From NCBI GenBank assembly GCA_026025795.1, contig JAPEUG010000035.1:1-64000 (forward strand): a stretch of DNA of 64,000 bases, in the 5' to 3' direction. How positions within the stretch are numbered: the stretch's first letter is position 1; each line of letters starts with the position of its first letter. This document shows, piece by piece, positions 25,448 to 37,152 of the stretch. Position numbers and translations under genes: made by a program. The notes under the pieces were generated by a model. The model made no database searches. It was not told the origin of the DNA and saw nothing but the letters and a program-made list of their open reading frames with translations. The DNA is from Thelocarpon superellum. Its lineage: Eukaryota.

Positions 25448-26287
25448 GGCGCTTCTCTTGCCGCGGGCCGGCAATGTCGATGTCCGGCAAGCTCGGCGAA
25501 TTTACCACATTGATCCACCAGCGACAAAGTGGAGTGACCGAAGCGGCACCTGATGAAGTAGCAGGAGACCGCCCCGTAGTTATATGGTACGTATGGGTCA
25601 ATGTTGCATGAGATTCCCCTCGTTGTGGTGAGCGTGACCCTGTCAGAGAGATCCGGCGGCCAATCGTCGTCATAGGTGATGTCCACACGTGCCACACGGC
25701 CAATCACCTCCGCTCGTTGCTTCTCCACACCGCCGACAGACTTTCAGCCACGAGCCGCGCCGCCGACCATTCCTATCCGGCTTGTAGTCATTCCCCTGCC
25801 CTGGTGCGCGACACGGCTTTCTACTGCTATGAGATAGCACTCTGGCCGTGAGAGAAGTGCTTATTTACCTTATGCACGCGTCAATAGACGAGTTGAACCA
25901 ACCGATGGACAGTGGCTTGCACGTCTGCCTTCGACAAGCCGGCCTATCGCACGTGATCACAAAATATCAGCTCTGCAGGAGCCCTCCAACAAGCGCTTTC
26001 AGGACGACGAGATTTTTGACGAGAGCTCTCGGTAGAGGTCTACAGGTCAATAAATGGGATGACTCGGCTCCTTCATGGCACAAGATCAGGTTCGGAGTCC
26101 TCGCCAAGGCTCCGCATCGCCTATCCTGTCCCGGTCCCCCGCCTTTGTCAGCAAGATTCGACATCCGAGTGTCTCTGGCCGAAGACCAGCTCCACGTCGT
26201 ATATGAAGGCTCGTTCAGCTGGGAATAATGGGACCAATGTTTGGTCACCGTCGATGTACCACCCATCGCTCCTAATCATCTTCTGCC

Positions 26288-27939
26288 ATGGCCGAACTCT
26301 CCAACGATGGCACGACGCTGCTGATGAAGCAGGTAGTTGATGGGTACGATGCCCTGCTGGATGAAGTCAACCGCCTCACACGAATGACCGCGTCCTTGGA
26401 GCGTCGACTTGCCTGGGCACATAAAGAGGTAAGGTGTCTTGCATCGTTGTTCAGACGTCTCATTCTCTCCCATGGAGGTTTCGTGTGCATTGCGGGATGA
26501 TCTCAAATAGCTCTAGATCAGGAGCTACCACGTAGCGATGATCGATTTCCTAGTAACGGTCTGACAATTGTTGAAACTACCCATCTCTCTCTCGACCGCC
26601 CCGGACTTATCGGCGCTTGGAATGTAGCTGACATGGGTATATGCAGTACAAACAATTGGCCTCACGCTACGCCGTGGCCAAGGACGACCCGATCTTCAGC
26701 GCCCGGGACCGGTGGACCTTTGGGAGCGATTCGGGCGCCGGAGAGACCCATGAGGCCCTGGTCATGGATGCTGTCAGCCTTTTCCAGCGCAACTTTCCGC
26801 AACGGACAGCCGACGCGGCCATTCATCCGTCCATTCAACAAGGATGGGAGGCACGCAAGAAATTCGCCGTTATCATGCAGTGGCCAGCCCTCCCTGATGG
26901 CTATATGCCCTTTGACTCGGCCGAAAGCAGCGCGTCCACTCAGCCTTCAACACTTGAGGGGGATGCCACAGAGTCAGGCCACGTCAACGAGTCCACCTCA
27001 AACCGACCGTCATGTCCGTTCGCGAAAATGGGCGGCGCCAAGCCTCCTCATCACCCCAAACCTGCCCCTCCGGTCTCCGCGCCACGCAGCTCTCAGAGTC
27101 TCCCGAACCCCATCGCGGTGGGCCCCTCTCAAACGGCATGCGCGGCCCATCCCTCGCCTCCGCCCTCAGCGACTGGCTCGGCGGCCAAATGCCCCATTCG
27201 CTTTCTCACCCATCAGTCACCGGAAGCAGTGGCCGAGTACCTGGAGAAGCATAAGCACGAAGTCCCTCGGAGCCACGAGGTTTGCGTCAAGCGACACCAG
27301 ACCAACACCGAGGACATTCGACGCCTCGACGCCAAATATGGAAGCTTAGTGCAAATGGTCCAAGAGCTGGGCGCCAAGCATCAACCACTCTTACCACCGA
27401 AGGAGGATGAGGAAGGCCCGGGGCGAGCAGAGGAACTGACCAATGAGAGAGTCGAGTCGTGGGCCCGAACTGTCAGCGGAAATGTACAGCTCACTGAGAA
27501 CACCGATACGAAGACCGAGGGCAGAGAAAGTCGATTCGACCGTCCGATGAACGAGGTTCGTTTGGGAGAATCTCCCAGTCGCCCATGGGGAATCCCCGTC
27601 CCACCCTTAGACGACCCTATCAATGTGACGGACCCGACGGGTGTTGACCTCTCGGAACGTTCCGTCGCTGCCGCCATTGCTACCGCCACGAGTGAGCCGT
27701 CGCGGCAAGAGTTCCTGCGCGGGAAAGCATCTGCCAGGATGCAAGAGCCCGCACCTCAAGCAGATATACCCGACGTCAACTTCAAGTACGACGCAGCATT
27801 TCTGCAGCAGCTCCCCACGACGAGGGCTAGGCAGTCGAAGATGATCTTTACGGGACCTGTTTTTATCGGGTATCCCATGGAACAGGCCATGTCATTCCTA
27901 CAACACCACAACGTTGGCAAGCCTGGATCGGGTGAATGA
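26288..27939 (+). CDS. Conserved-looking fungal hypothetical protein; 218-nt intron 26429-26646
   Basis: Exon 1 coiled coil (YDALLDEVNRL..LERRLAWAHKE) spliced via GTAAGG..GCTGAC..CAG to ORF 26641. Motifs KCPIRF..SPEAVAEY..HKHEVPRSHEVCVKR, GESPSRPWGIPV, FTGPVFIGY. Confidence 0.85.
26489..26568 (+). ncRNA. Candidate intronic box C/D snoRNA
   Basis: Terminal stem ATTG(26489-92)/CAAT(26565-68); box C GGGATGA 26494-26500; box D CTGA 26561-64; internal hairpin GCTAC-cac-GTAGC followed by C'-like GATGA; TAGCTCTAGA complementary to the conserved 18S motif UCUAGAGCUA. It lies in the longest modelled intron, ~80 nt from the 3' splice site. Confidence 0.7.
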
Positions 27940-28805
27940 GGGGGTGTCTTGTTCTATGTTTCTGCGGCGTACTTCTTGTTTTTTTATGTGACGCAAGCAT
28001 ACGGATGGAGTCCGCTTTGCATGGCCCGGCCTAGGTGTTTGTGCGTCGGTTCTACGTCGGTATGGTGCTCTCGTTGCGGCGTTGACCTTTGACGTGAAGA
28101 CTTAGCGTTATAATTGCAGACATTCTACTCGTTTCTAACTGACCGACATGGTCTTCCTCGAGCATCGCTGTGGGCTCTATTCCATGACTTACCATCTGTG
28201 CGGTCCACCTTGTCATTCTGCCTCCTGACAGACTTTGGTGCTTCTCCACTTGTGCTCTTGCTTCTTAACACCTCGTCCACGATCAGCTTGAGGAGCATGA
28301 AAGTTGCGGAACTTACGACGAGGACCTCTCCTCTCAGCAGAGCCCAGCTCGACAATTACCTCTGTCGACATAGTGCCAGGCTCGAAATCCTGCTTCAACG
28401 ATCGAAAAGTCGAGGCGTGCTCGGTCTCCTTCACCCTCGTCAGCCGTGCATTCCTTCAGCCTCTCATTTCCACTGACATGCGAGTGATGTGACCGATTCT
28501 TTCTGCTCCCGCACTTAGTGATCAGGTATCAGTCTTAGGGCACTACTGCATCCCCTCGGCCCGATCTTGATCTTCAACCGGACTCACTCGACTTTGGTTT
28601 CGATCTTTAACGAGTCGTGCTCCTCCTCTCGTCAACGATTCACTAGATGACTGAATACCCAGCAAGGTCAAGTGAGCGGCATCGCGACGAAAGACGAAAG
28701 CGATGTCTTTAGTTCCCCCTCGTTATCCTGGCCCGGTCAAGACTAAGTGCCTTGAGTATGTGAAAGACTGATTGACAGCAATTGCCCCTGTTCACAAGCT
28801 CCTAG

Positions 28806-29435
28806 CTTGCTGAAGGGTCCTCATTTCGATATCTACGCTGGGTCAAAAAAAGTTCAATGGCCGGTTCCGCGGAAACTCCTTTGCCAAAATTCGAAAGCTC
28901 CTTGGCCAGCCTTCGAAATAATTCCGATCAGCTCTGTCGAGTGGCTTTATAGAGGCCGAGAGCAATCCGGTCCGCCTGCCCGAAGATGATCCTGAAATCT
29001 TCCGACATCTCCTCGGGTGGTTCTACCGACGCATGTGTGAGGCTGAGAGTCATGACATCAACCACTCGATGCCCTATTCGCTGTTCATCCTCGCCGACAA
29101 GCTCTCGATGCCAGCGTTGCGGGATTCAGATCATGGATGTCCTCAGATCAAGCCTTCGCTTGCGCGACCTCCGCGTCTCGTGCGAACGGACCATTCATAT
29201 CCTCAACAGCACATGTTCGTCATCACCACTCCACGTTCTCGCCATTAGCTGGTGCGCCTTCTTCATCAAGAAAGAGCAGACAATCCAGTTCTATCAGCCT
29301 TGTTTTGAAGCAGATCCAGGATTCATGAGGAATGTCTTTGAGATGAGTTCGAAGGCCGGGAAAATCCCCGATCCTCGACGCGAGATAGCGTGCGAGTATC
29401 ACGTCCACTCCTGCCAGCTACCTTGTCCCAATTGA
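28806..29435 (+). pseudogene. BTB/POZ-domain protein pseudogene
   Basis: Reconstructed FDIYAG..WPVPRKLLCQNSK*FRSALSSGFIEAESNPVRLPEDDPEIFRHLLGWFY..LFILADKLSMPALRD/QIMDVL..CEYHVH. Lesions: 22-nt insertion 28897-28918, in-frame TAA 28919-21, +1 frameshift near 29125. Confidence 0.8.
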
Positions 29436-30477
29436 CATCTCGGGCAAGTCTTCGTGCCGCAAATTTTGTTGTGACATGTCCTGATGATCATGACGTGTGC
29501 GGATCCCTGGCGTTTGCACCCGAGGGGCCGAAGTCTCTAGGGAACGAGAAGAGTAGGTATGGAAACAGTGTCACCAAGCCTTGATTTATGCTAAGGAGGG
29601 ATCAACAGGTCAGCGAGGGACATTTAGCGGGCGCCGGAGTCTTACGAAGAGCGTTCTTGACAGGATCCCTTGCCCAGTCTGTTTGAGATGCGGGTGCTGT
29701 TCTCTGGCTTTCAGTCAGCCGGCAGTAGAACGTACAGTGTGCGGCCAAAACTTCTACTTGAGCGGGTGCACCTTTCGGTAAGACTGCACGCCTTATCGAG
29801 AAGGTAACTCAGGGTTCAAGTCAAAGATGTGGAGTCGTGAGATGGGAAAGGGAAAGGTCCAGCCGGCGACGCGTCGGCGAGCCCCAAGTGCAGACGACTC
29901 GAATCAGGTGCTTGAGCGTGGTATCACCATCAACGGATCGTCACACTCTCAACCTCCGATTCTGTTGTCGGACATGCTATCAAGATACACTGAACTCTCA
30001 AGAGAGAAACGGTGAGGCATGCCATCGAGTATTCACTAAACCACCACACGACGTCGTGCATACCCATCACGTCGAATTTGGCTGTCTCCGCGACGCGCCT
30101 TAGCCAGTGGTCGAATTCCTCATTCACCATCGTTGACAACACAACAAGTGTCTCAGCAGAAGAGAGAAGAGATGACGCGCCTTCTCTCCCTTCCCACTCC
30201 TGGACGCGGTTGTTGGGCCAGGACATTCTTCACCCACCCACTTCATTCGCTGTTCCACTTGCACACGCTCGAGACTGTTCACCCCATCGGCTCGGTTCGT
30301 GATAGGGGCTGCGATGAGTCTTACGATGATGGAAGAGACTCCACGCTGAGGTGAGAGTCCTGTCCATCCTTGTGCAGAGTGCCAGTCGCTCAGTCAATCT
30401 CGACCCTTCTTTAGATCCCTAGCACCGTTCCATCAGAAGCTGATGCCACGTTCGAGGCGCCATCCCTACCCGCCTCG

Positions 30478-32425
30478 ATGGCCGCCCCTGCCGAGCCGGA
30501 ACCGTCAAAACCGATCCCTCCTACGGTTGATCAACACCATGGCCGACAACAACAGCGGCAACGCAGACGAGAAGGACAAACGCAGCGACGAGGTCGCCGG
30601 CGATACATTGACACGGACAAGCATGGCCGATCGGACCGCGGAGACAGTGACGGAACATCGCCGACGGATACCAAACCCGTCGGCTCATCACTGCCGCCTC
30701 CCCTCTTTCCAGCTATAGACGCCATTCTCGGTCCTCAAGTGGAAGAATCACAGGGCGGCGTCGGATACTTTCGCTTCCATGCGAGGGACAACCCGCTGGC
30801 GTTCATCGAGAATTTGGACCCGGTACACCTCATGCCGCTAAGCAAAGAGGAGATCGATCAGTTGCTCGAGAAAAGCGACGAAGGACAAGGAAAGAGACAA
30901 AGTCTCCACCAGCTCACCAGCGATCCAGTCCTCGACTCATCGATCTTGGAAGGCGGGACGGCGTTCTGGGATGCGAACGCAGACCGGATGGAAGGGATCG
31001 TCAAGCGCGTGAAAGAGAAAGATGCGGCCAGGAGCGCGTCTACGGGCTTGGTTGAAGCGAACATCTTGAAGAAATACCAGGACGATTGGATGAAGTTACA
31101 AGGGGCGTGCTTGAAGGCCAGAAAAGCAAAACGGAAAGCCCAGGCTGGGTATGAACTCCACCAAGTCCATCGCGTTTGATTTGGGCAGCTGGCTGACGCT
31201 CGATGATGATAGACGCTGGGGGATTTCGCAGGTGAAAACTCCCCAACCGATGCCCGACTGGGATGAGCCGACCCAGCTCAATAAGTCGCCTGTGAAGATC
31301 AACATGGACGACTTCACGTTCACTTATTCCGCTCCAGAAGGCATCTTTGCGCCCCCGCCCACCAGCCTTCAGCACTTCAACGTCGTCTCTGAACGCCGAA
31401 TCGGATGGAAGAAGAGAGATGCGGGAGAGTCCGGTCGTATCGAGCTCGTAATTCCGCGATGCCTCCATAGCGACAACCACCCAAGTGACCTACCGCGTCA
31501 TTTCAAGATTCCGCCGCAGGAGGTCGCCCGCCCTCAACGGCCGAGCCTGCACCCGGCATTCCGATCGTTCGAAGATGGTCAAAAAACGTTGAAACCGACA
31601 CCACCCTTCGTTGCCCAGACCGAAGGATGCATCAGACGTAGCGCGACAGAGAGACGTGCATCGCAGACAGTGGGCCAGCCGGACGCTGCTCAGGAGAAAA
31701 TGGTCAAGCAAGCCGCGGGCCAGCGCAAGGTTGCGCCCATGGGTCTCTTTCAGGTGACTCGACATATCGTTCCTCGGAGAGAGGTCCGCTCGTCAAAGGG
31801 GACCGATCACGAAGGTCGACGAGAGATCAATCCCAACGCCGCGGCGCAGGCGATTTTAGCGTCGAAGTTAATGCAGCAGCGACAGCGACGACAGCGAGCA
31901 GAGAAGTTGCTCCATCGACCACCACCGGCTCTGGAACCATCGATCCGCCCGGTATTGCCGACACCACCGGCGATACAGCTCGAAGTAGCAGCGGTGGCGC
32001 CGACAGCACCTGCGTTACCAGTGTCGCCGGTCTCACCGGGACCCAAGGCGTCACTTCAAGCTGCCCTGCCCATGACGCCCAGTAGGACGCCACCAACGCG
32101 CGTGCAGACGCAGCTGTACCGTACCCCGGACCAAGCCGTTACGCCCTATCCCGTGCTAAGAAAGTGGAGAGCCTGTCCGCTGGGTCGGCCGCTGCGATCA
32201 TCGCCACATGCCGTCCCAACGCTGCGCTCATCGCCTCTAGCCGCTCCACGGTCGGCGCGCAAGACTTTGACCGCAGTGCCCTACGAGACTTCCCCCCACC
32301 AACTTGTCCAGTATTCCTTTCCACTAGATCCTCGACTGCACGACCAGGACACGATCGACATGCTAGCTAGCATGGCCAACAAATTTGGAGAGACGCAGCG
32401 GAAACTTTGCGAGAGTCGCCAGTGA
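30478..32425 (+). CDS. Orphan-like hypothetical protein, P/S-rich; intron 31149-31212; 5' end uncertain (may extend upstream through intron 30351-30422)
   Basis: GTATGA..GCTGAC..TAG 64-nt intron joins ORFs 30478-31179 and 31151-32425 in frame; no recognisable domain. Confidence 0.7.
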
Positions 32426-32642
32426 TTCATTCTTGCCTTTGTTATCACTGTCAGAGGATTCTCGATGGAATGATGTACGATGAAGCCGGAGTTCCGGTCG
32501 ATTTCACTTTTGTCATTGTGCGCGCATTTGAGATGTCTCATGGATGGCACTGCATCGGCTTTCAAAGAGGGACTGTGTCACTGCGATGGAGAGAACCCGC
32601 GAGCGTCAAGTAGATAATCCGTCCGCTCCTCAATCATCGTCC

Positions 32643-33265
32643 TTACGACAGGGCAATACACTCAATCTCGACATCCACACCCATAGGCAGTTGTTTGACG
32701 GCGACGCAGCTGCGAGCGGGTTTAGTCACAAAGTGTTTGGCGTAGGTAGCATTCATTTCGGCAAAGTTGGCCATGTCCGTGAGGAAGACGTTGACCTTGA
32801 CAACGGACTCGAGGCCGACCCCCGCAGCCTTCAGGATGGCGGTGATGTTCTTGATGCAAGCCTCCGTCTTGTCGGCGATGCTCCCTTGTACGAGTGTGCC
32901 CGTCTGATTGGCGGGGATTTGGCCCGACACGTAAATCTGGCTCCCAGCGCGGACGGCCTGGGACTGCACCACACACAGACCTCACGTCAGAGACAACGAC
33001 ACTGATGCTGACGAAATCATCGCGGCACCTACGTATGGTCCCGCAGCTATGCCCCCGGGGGAGGTTAGATGCTGAGAAATGCTCACGAGTGGGCTCACTG
33101 CTTACGAGGGAAGGCGGCGGCAGAGAAGACAGGGGTGATGTTGGCCATGTTTCGAGTCACCCGTGGTGTGGCGACGTTCGATCGGAACTGGATCTGCCAG
33201 ATGGCGGGGAAGATGGCGGGGGAGATGTTTCGTGCGCAGGCGGTGGCACTGCGGCGCAGAAGCAT
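32643..33265 (-). CDS. MMF1: RidA/YjgF/UK114 imine deaminase (Mmf1/Hmf1-like) with mitochondrial-type presequence; exons 33265-33106, 33046-33033 (14 nt), 32963-32643
   Basis: AGPY|SQAV..IYVSGQIP..VVKVNVFLTDMANFAEMNATY..KPARSCVAVKQLP..VEIECIA. Confidence 0.93.
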
Positions 33266-35539
33266 AGGGCTGAAGAGGCGGGTGGATGACGGAAGCTCGA
33301 AAAGGCGCGATTTGCGTGCTAAGTGCGGCGTCTATGTGCTTAGTCGGTTGGCTTGGGGTTGGATTGGTAGGGTTCAAGTCATGGTCTGAGATATGACGCA
33401 GCTGCGCCGCGCATCCTCCAGCCCTACTCACCTAGTGGGTGCTACGTCCCATTGCGACCTAGTAGTAAGTCGTGGGCTGGTCTACTCCTGCGGTACACTT
33501 CGTCGTCAACTGGATCACGCTTGGGGTGTGGGTCACTTGTTTGTTGCGATGGTCCAGCTCATGGTGGTGGGGATGCCCCGCGTCGAACCTGCGTCCGTGG
33601 CGGCGGGTACCTCCCGTCCGGCTGTCGTGCGGGACGGCGAGCAGTGAGTTTTATTGTGTCTCTTTCGCCCCCAGTCGATTGCCATCATCGTCTTACTAAT
33701 GCCGAGACAGCCGGCCCGCCGCGACGATCGACCGCTAGGGTCGGGGCAACGCTCCTCAGCTCCACTCGCCATAGGCCAGTCTGACGTCAAGTCCAAGGTG
33801 AATCGGCGCACCGCCGTTCGGACCATGGCGCAATGATCCCAACACTGCAGAGCTGCACGATTGTGGCACGGACGTGCCACACGTGGTCCTACGTAATGCT
33901 CATCTGGGGAGAGGTGATTGTGCAGGCATGTCACGGGGACGCCAGATTACCGCAGCGATTCCAGGGTCAACAGGGTCGACCGGCTTACGCAGCGAGGGAA
34001 TTTCGGTTTCATCGTCGACCACGAGGATTCCTGGCGTAGAGGTCGGGGCCAGGCCAGGTCCAGGTAGGATACTTTGGCGCTGGACGCCGGTGAGTGTGAC
34101 TTACCTCGAAACTTACTAGTAGTAGACCTAGTAGTACTGGAAGTCAGAGTCGCCGTCGCACAACCAAGGTGGACAAGCGGATGCTCATCTCAGAGGGGAA
34201 GGCAGGATGACCTGTCGGTGGTGTTTGAAACGTCGAGATAAGAGACCTGGCGTGCCAAGGCAGGTGCTGCCTGGATGTCGTGCTCGTTGTGCTGGTCCAC
34301 TCCCAGTCGCGCCAGCCCTCTAACCCACCTGGGCAAGTATATGTTGACCCTAGTGTAGTATTTTGGCGTTTTCGATGTTGCAACGACATAGCCTCACTGT
34401 GATTAATCAGGAAAACCATGAGCGTCCAGGTGATCAGCATTCGGCGCGCCCGAAATCGAAGGGCTTGTGGGTTTGATTGCCATCGTCAGCAGCAATTTCT
34501 TGACGCTGACCTCGGTCCTCTCGTCTGTGGCGACGCGCGGAAGAGGGTAAGCTGGAGGTAGGACCCGGACGACGGATCGTAACAGGGCTGCCGTTGGCGT
34601 TGTGACCGGTTGACCTGGACGACCGACCATAGCATTCATCCTCTGTTTCATCCTCTGGCGAGCCAGCCCCAATGGGGACTGGACCTTCGGTCGGGCGCGT
34701 GACCTGGTCCGTACACGCGCGATCACGAGAGCCGGCGGCTATAGCGGTGATTATGCGCACGAGTGAAAGGCGCCCCACGAGGCCCCGAGGGGCTCCAAAG
34801 TATAGCCGAGATCTCAGCTTCTTATCCGTGGGCGTTGTAGGCGCAAGATCACGCCAGAACGGCCCCCGGCCGGCTGAGCATTCTCGTCGGGTATTCCCCA
34901 CGGGGATCTCCAGGTACACCCGCCGGCCAATCAGCCGTCAGCCCCTGTCCGGACCACGGAGAGCTCGGCCATGACCGTCACGATAGAGGATGCCTCAAGA
35001 TCTCGTGGCTCGTGACACTGCCCTCGAAATCACCACCACGCGTCGCCCCGTTGCCCCTAGCGTCCAGAGATGACACCAGGCTCCGCGACCGGACCACCCC
35101 TCTGCTCGTGCCAGGCCCTCCGCCATGGACCAGGCCCGCAAGCCGTGGCCGCTGCGCCAATTGCTCCGAGTCTCCGTCTCTCGGCCGTTGCTGCCCTTGG
35201 TCCGATGCGCGTTTGTCGCCTCCTGCCCCGCGGGGTAACGGGGAGCTGCGCCTCCCCCTCATGACACTGTCCTCGACATCGTCAGCTGCGCTCCGCGTCC
35301 GCATCCCCGTCTTCCCCGCCGACGCACGTTCACACGCTCCTGCGCCTGCACTCGCACCTGCGCGCATGGACCATTGGCCCTCCCGCCCACATGGCGCGCC
35401 ATCTCGCTCTACATAAACAAGCACCGACCCCCCCCTCCTGCTTCTGCTGCCATCTGGACATCACCCGTCACTCCTTGGATTATTCGTTGACTGCATCATC
35501 CGTCCCTACCCTCCCTCCCTCCCTCCTTCCGCCTTCACC

Positions 35540-36277
35540 ATGCATCTCACCACGCTCTCCACCCTCCTCGCTCTCGCGTTGCTCTTTCCTCTCGGTCTCT
35601 GCATCCCCTGTTCCCTGGAGGACGGCCAATGCCTGGTGGGTGCCTCCTTCCCCGTGCCCGCGCCTCGCGTCACCCAGCCACTAACGCGTTCGCAGACCCG
35701 CCCTGACCTGACTCCCCGACCCGTCGTGCAAGTGGCCGACTCGAAGGCCGAGCATGAGCCAGTGTTCTTGGAGCTTCCCGCTGCCAAACGATCCCACTCG
35801 GATGACGGAAACGGCTGGGAAGCTGCAGATCGGATACAACAGAACACGCCGGCCGTCGCTGGTACCGAGAACAACGGTGTCGCGCCCCGAGACATGACGA
35901 GAATCTCGACAAGTCCCACGGAGAACAACGTCCCTCAAACCAAGAGCTCTCTCATCTCCTTTGGAGACGATCAGGGACCCCCGCCCGCCCAGGAGGAATC
36001 GGCCTTCTTCTCCTTCATCAACGTCAACGCCACCAACACCATCCCCTCGCTCGGCGGCGCCACGAACTCGGACATCAAGATCGACGGCGTTAACATCAAG
36101 GAGCGTCGCGGATCACAACCGGACATCACTGCGGAGCGCCCGTTCAAGCCCGCCGCCGAATCTGCTACTTCACCTCGTGACCTGGATGTCACGAAGCGTG
36201 AGACCCTCCTTCCAGCCCATGCCGGTACCGGTGTCCCCGCGGTCATCTCCGACAATGGCCGGGCCGATACACGTTGA
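35540..36277 (+). CDS. Orphan secreted low-complexity protein (245 aa) with dibasic sites
   Basis: CACCATG start; signal peptide MHLTTLSTLLALALLFPLGLC; C-ending codon bias; pyrimidine-rich leader and ACATAAA ~125 nt upstream. Confidence 0.8.
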   Translation: MHLTTLSTLLALALLFPLGLCIPCSLEDGQCLVGASFPVPAPRVTQPLTRSQTRPDLTPRPVVQVADSKAEHEPVFLELPAAKRSHSDDGNGWEAADRIQQNTPAVAGTENNGVAPRDMTRISTSPTENNVPQTKSSLISFGDDQGPPPAQEESAFFSFINVNATNTIPSLGGATNSDIKIDGVNIKERRGSQPDITAERPFKPAAESATSPRDLDVTKRETLLPAHAGTGVPAVISDNGRADTR

Positions 36278-37116
36278 TCGCCGAATACAAACATCGGATT
36301 GAAGCCGAGGCCGAGCCTGAGGCATGATGTATGACGAACGACGTCTTTGTTTTTGGTACCACTTGTATTCTTTATTTTGGATTCCCCAGGACGGCGAAGG
36401 GTGCTAGGCATCGAGGCATTTCATTGCTGGCATGACGGGAGGCATTTCATCGGACGCATTTCATCGGACGTATTCGCTTGAAGCATTCGCGGATGGACAT
36501 TTCATTGGCATCGCTCGACGGAGCAAGGGAGTCGCGTCTGGACGATCGCTACATTTCTGTATCTCCTTGGATGTGTTCTGGACGGAGCACCATCATGTAT
36601 GCTGGCCTTTTCTGTACCTACCTGTCTATGTTGCGCGTTCATGTATATTAACGAGCCGCACGCCGCTGGCCGGATTCTCATAGATGACTTATGCCAATTG
36701 TGACTCTACCTGATGTACTCTGCCTGCACGATGAAGATGAGACATGGGCACGAGCAAGTCGGGGCTTATGCGTGTTCTAAAAGACGGGCAGGCCAGGCTG
36801 GATGAAACGCGTCGGATTACACGTAGTCGTACGAGTGCGAGAACTCGTGGGATCCGGATCTTGCTCAGAATCCTACGGCATCTTTTTCCGACTTCGGCCT
36901 CGGCAAGATCGCACTAGGCTCGTTGTGGTAGCTGGGCTGGTCGTGTACCCACATCCAGTGGTGGTGGTTAGCCGGAGGATAAGTAAGCGGAGTTGAAGTT
37001 TGTCGTCCACGTGCGAGTGACAGGCTAGTTAAGTGCCACGGCGCCTTGGTCTGACACTGACGAGAACGCGCACTTGTACATGTACGAGAAGAAGTCGACA
37101 CGACCGGACAGACGCT

Positions 37117-37152
37117 TACTACTACTAACCATTAGTAGTAGTACTACTAATG
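37117..37152. repeat. Overlapping perfect inverted repeats built from TAC/TAG triplets
   Basis: TACTACTACTAA-cca-TTAGTAGTAGTA (37117-37143) and CATTAGTAGTA-g-TACTACTAATG (37130-37152). Confidence 0.9.

Noticed and set aside
31141..31215. Apparent frameshift between overlapping ORFs 30478-31179 and 31151-32425
   Set aside because: Explained by a canonical 64-nt intron (GTATGA..GCTGAC..TAG).
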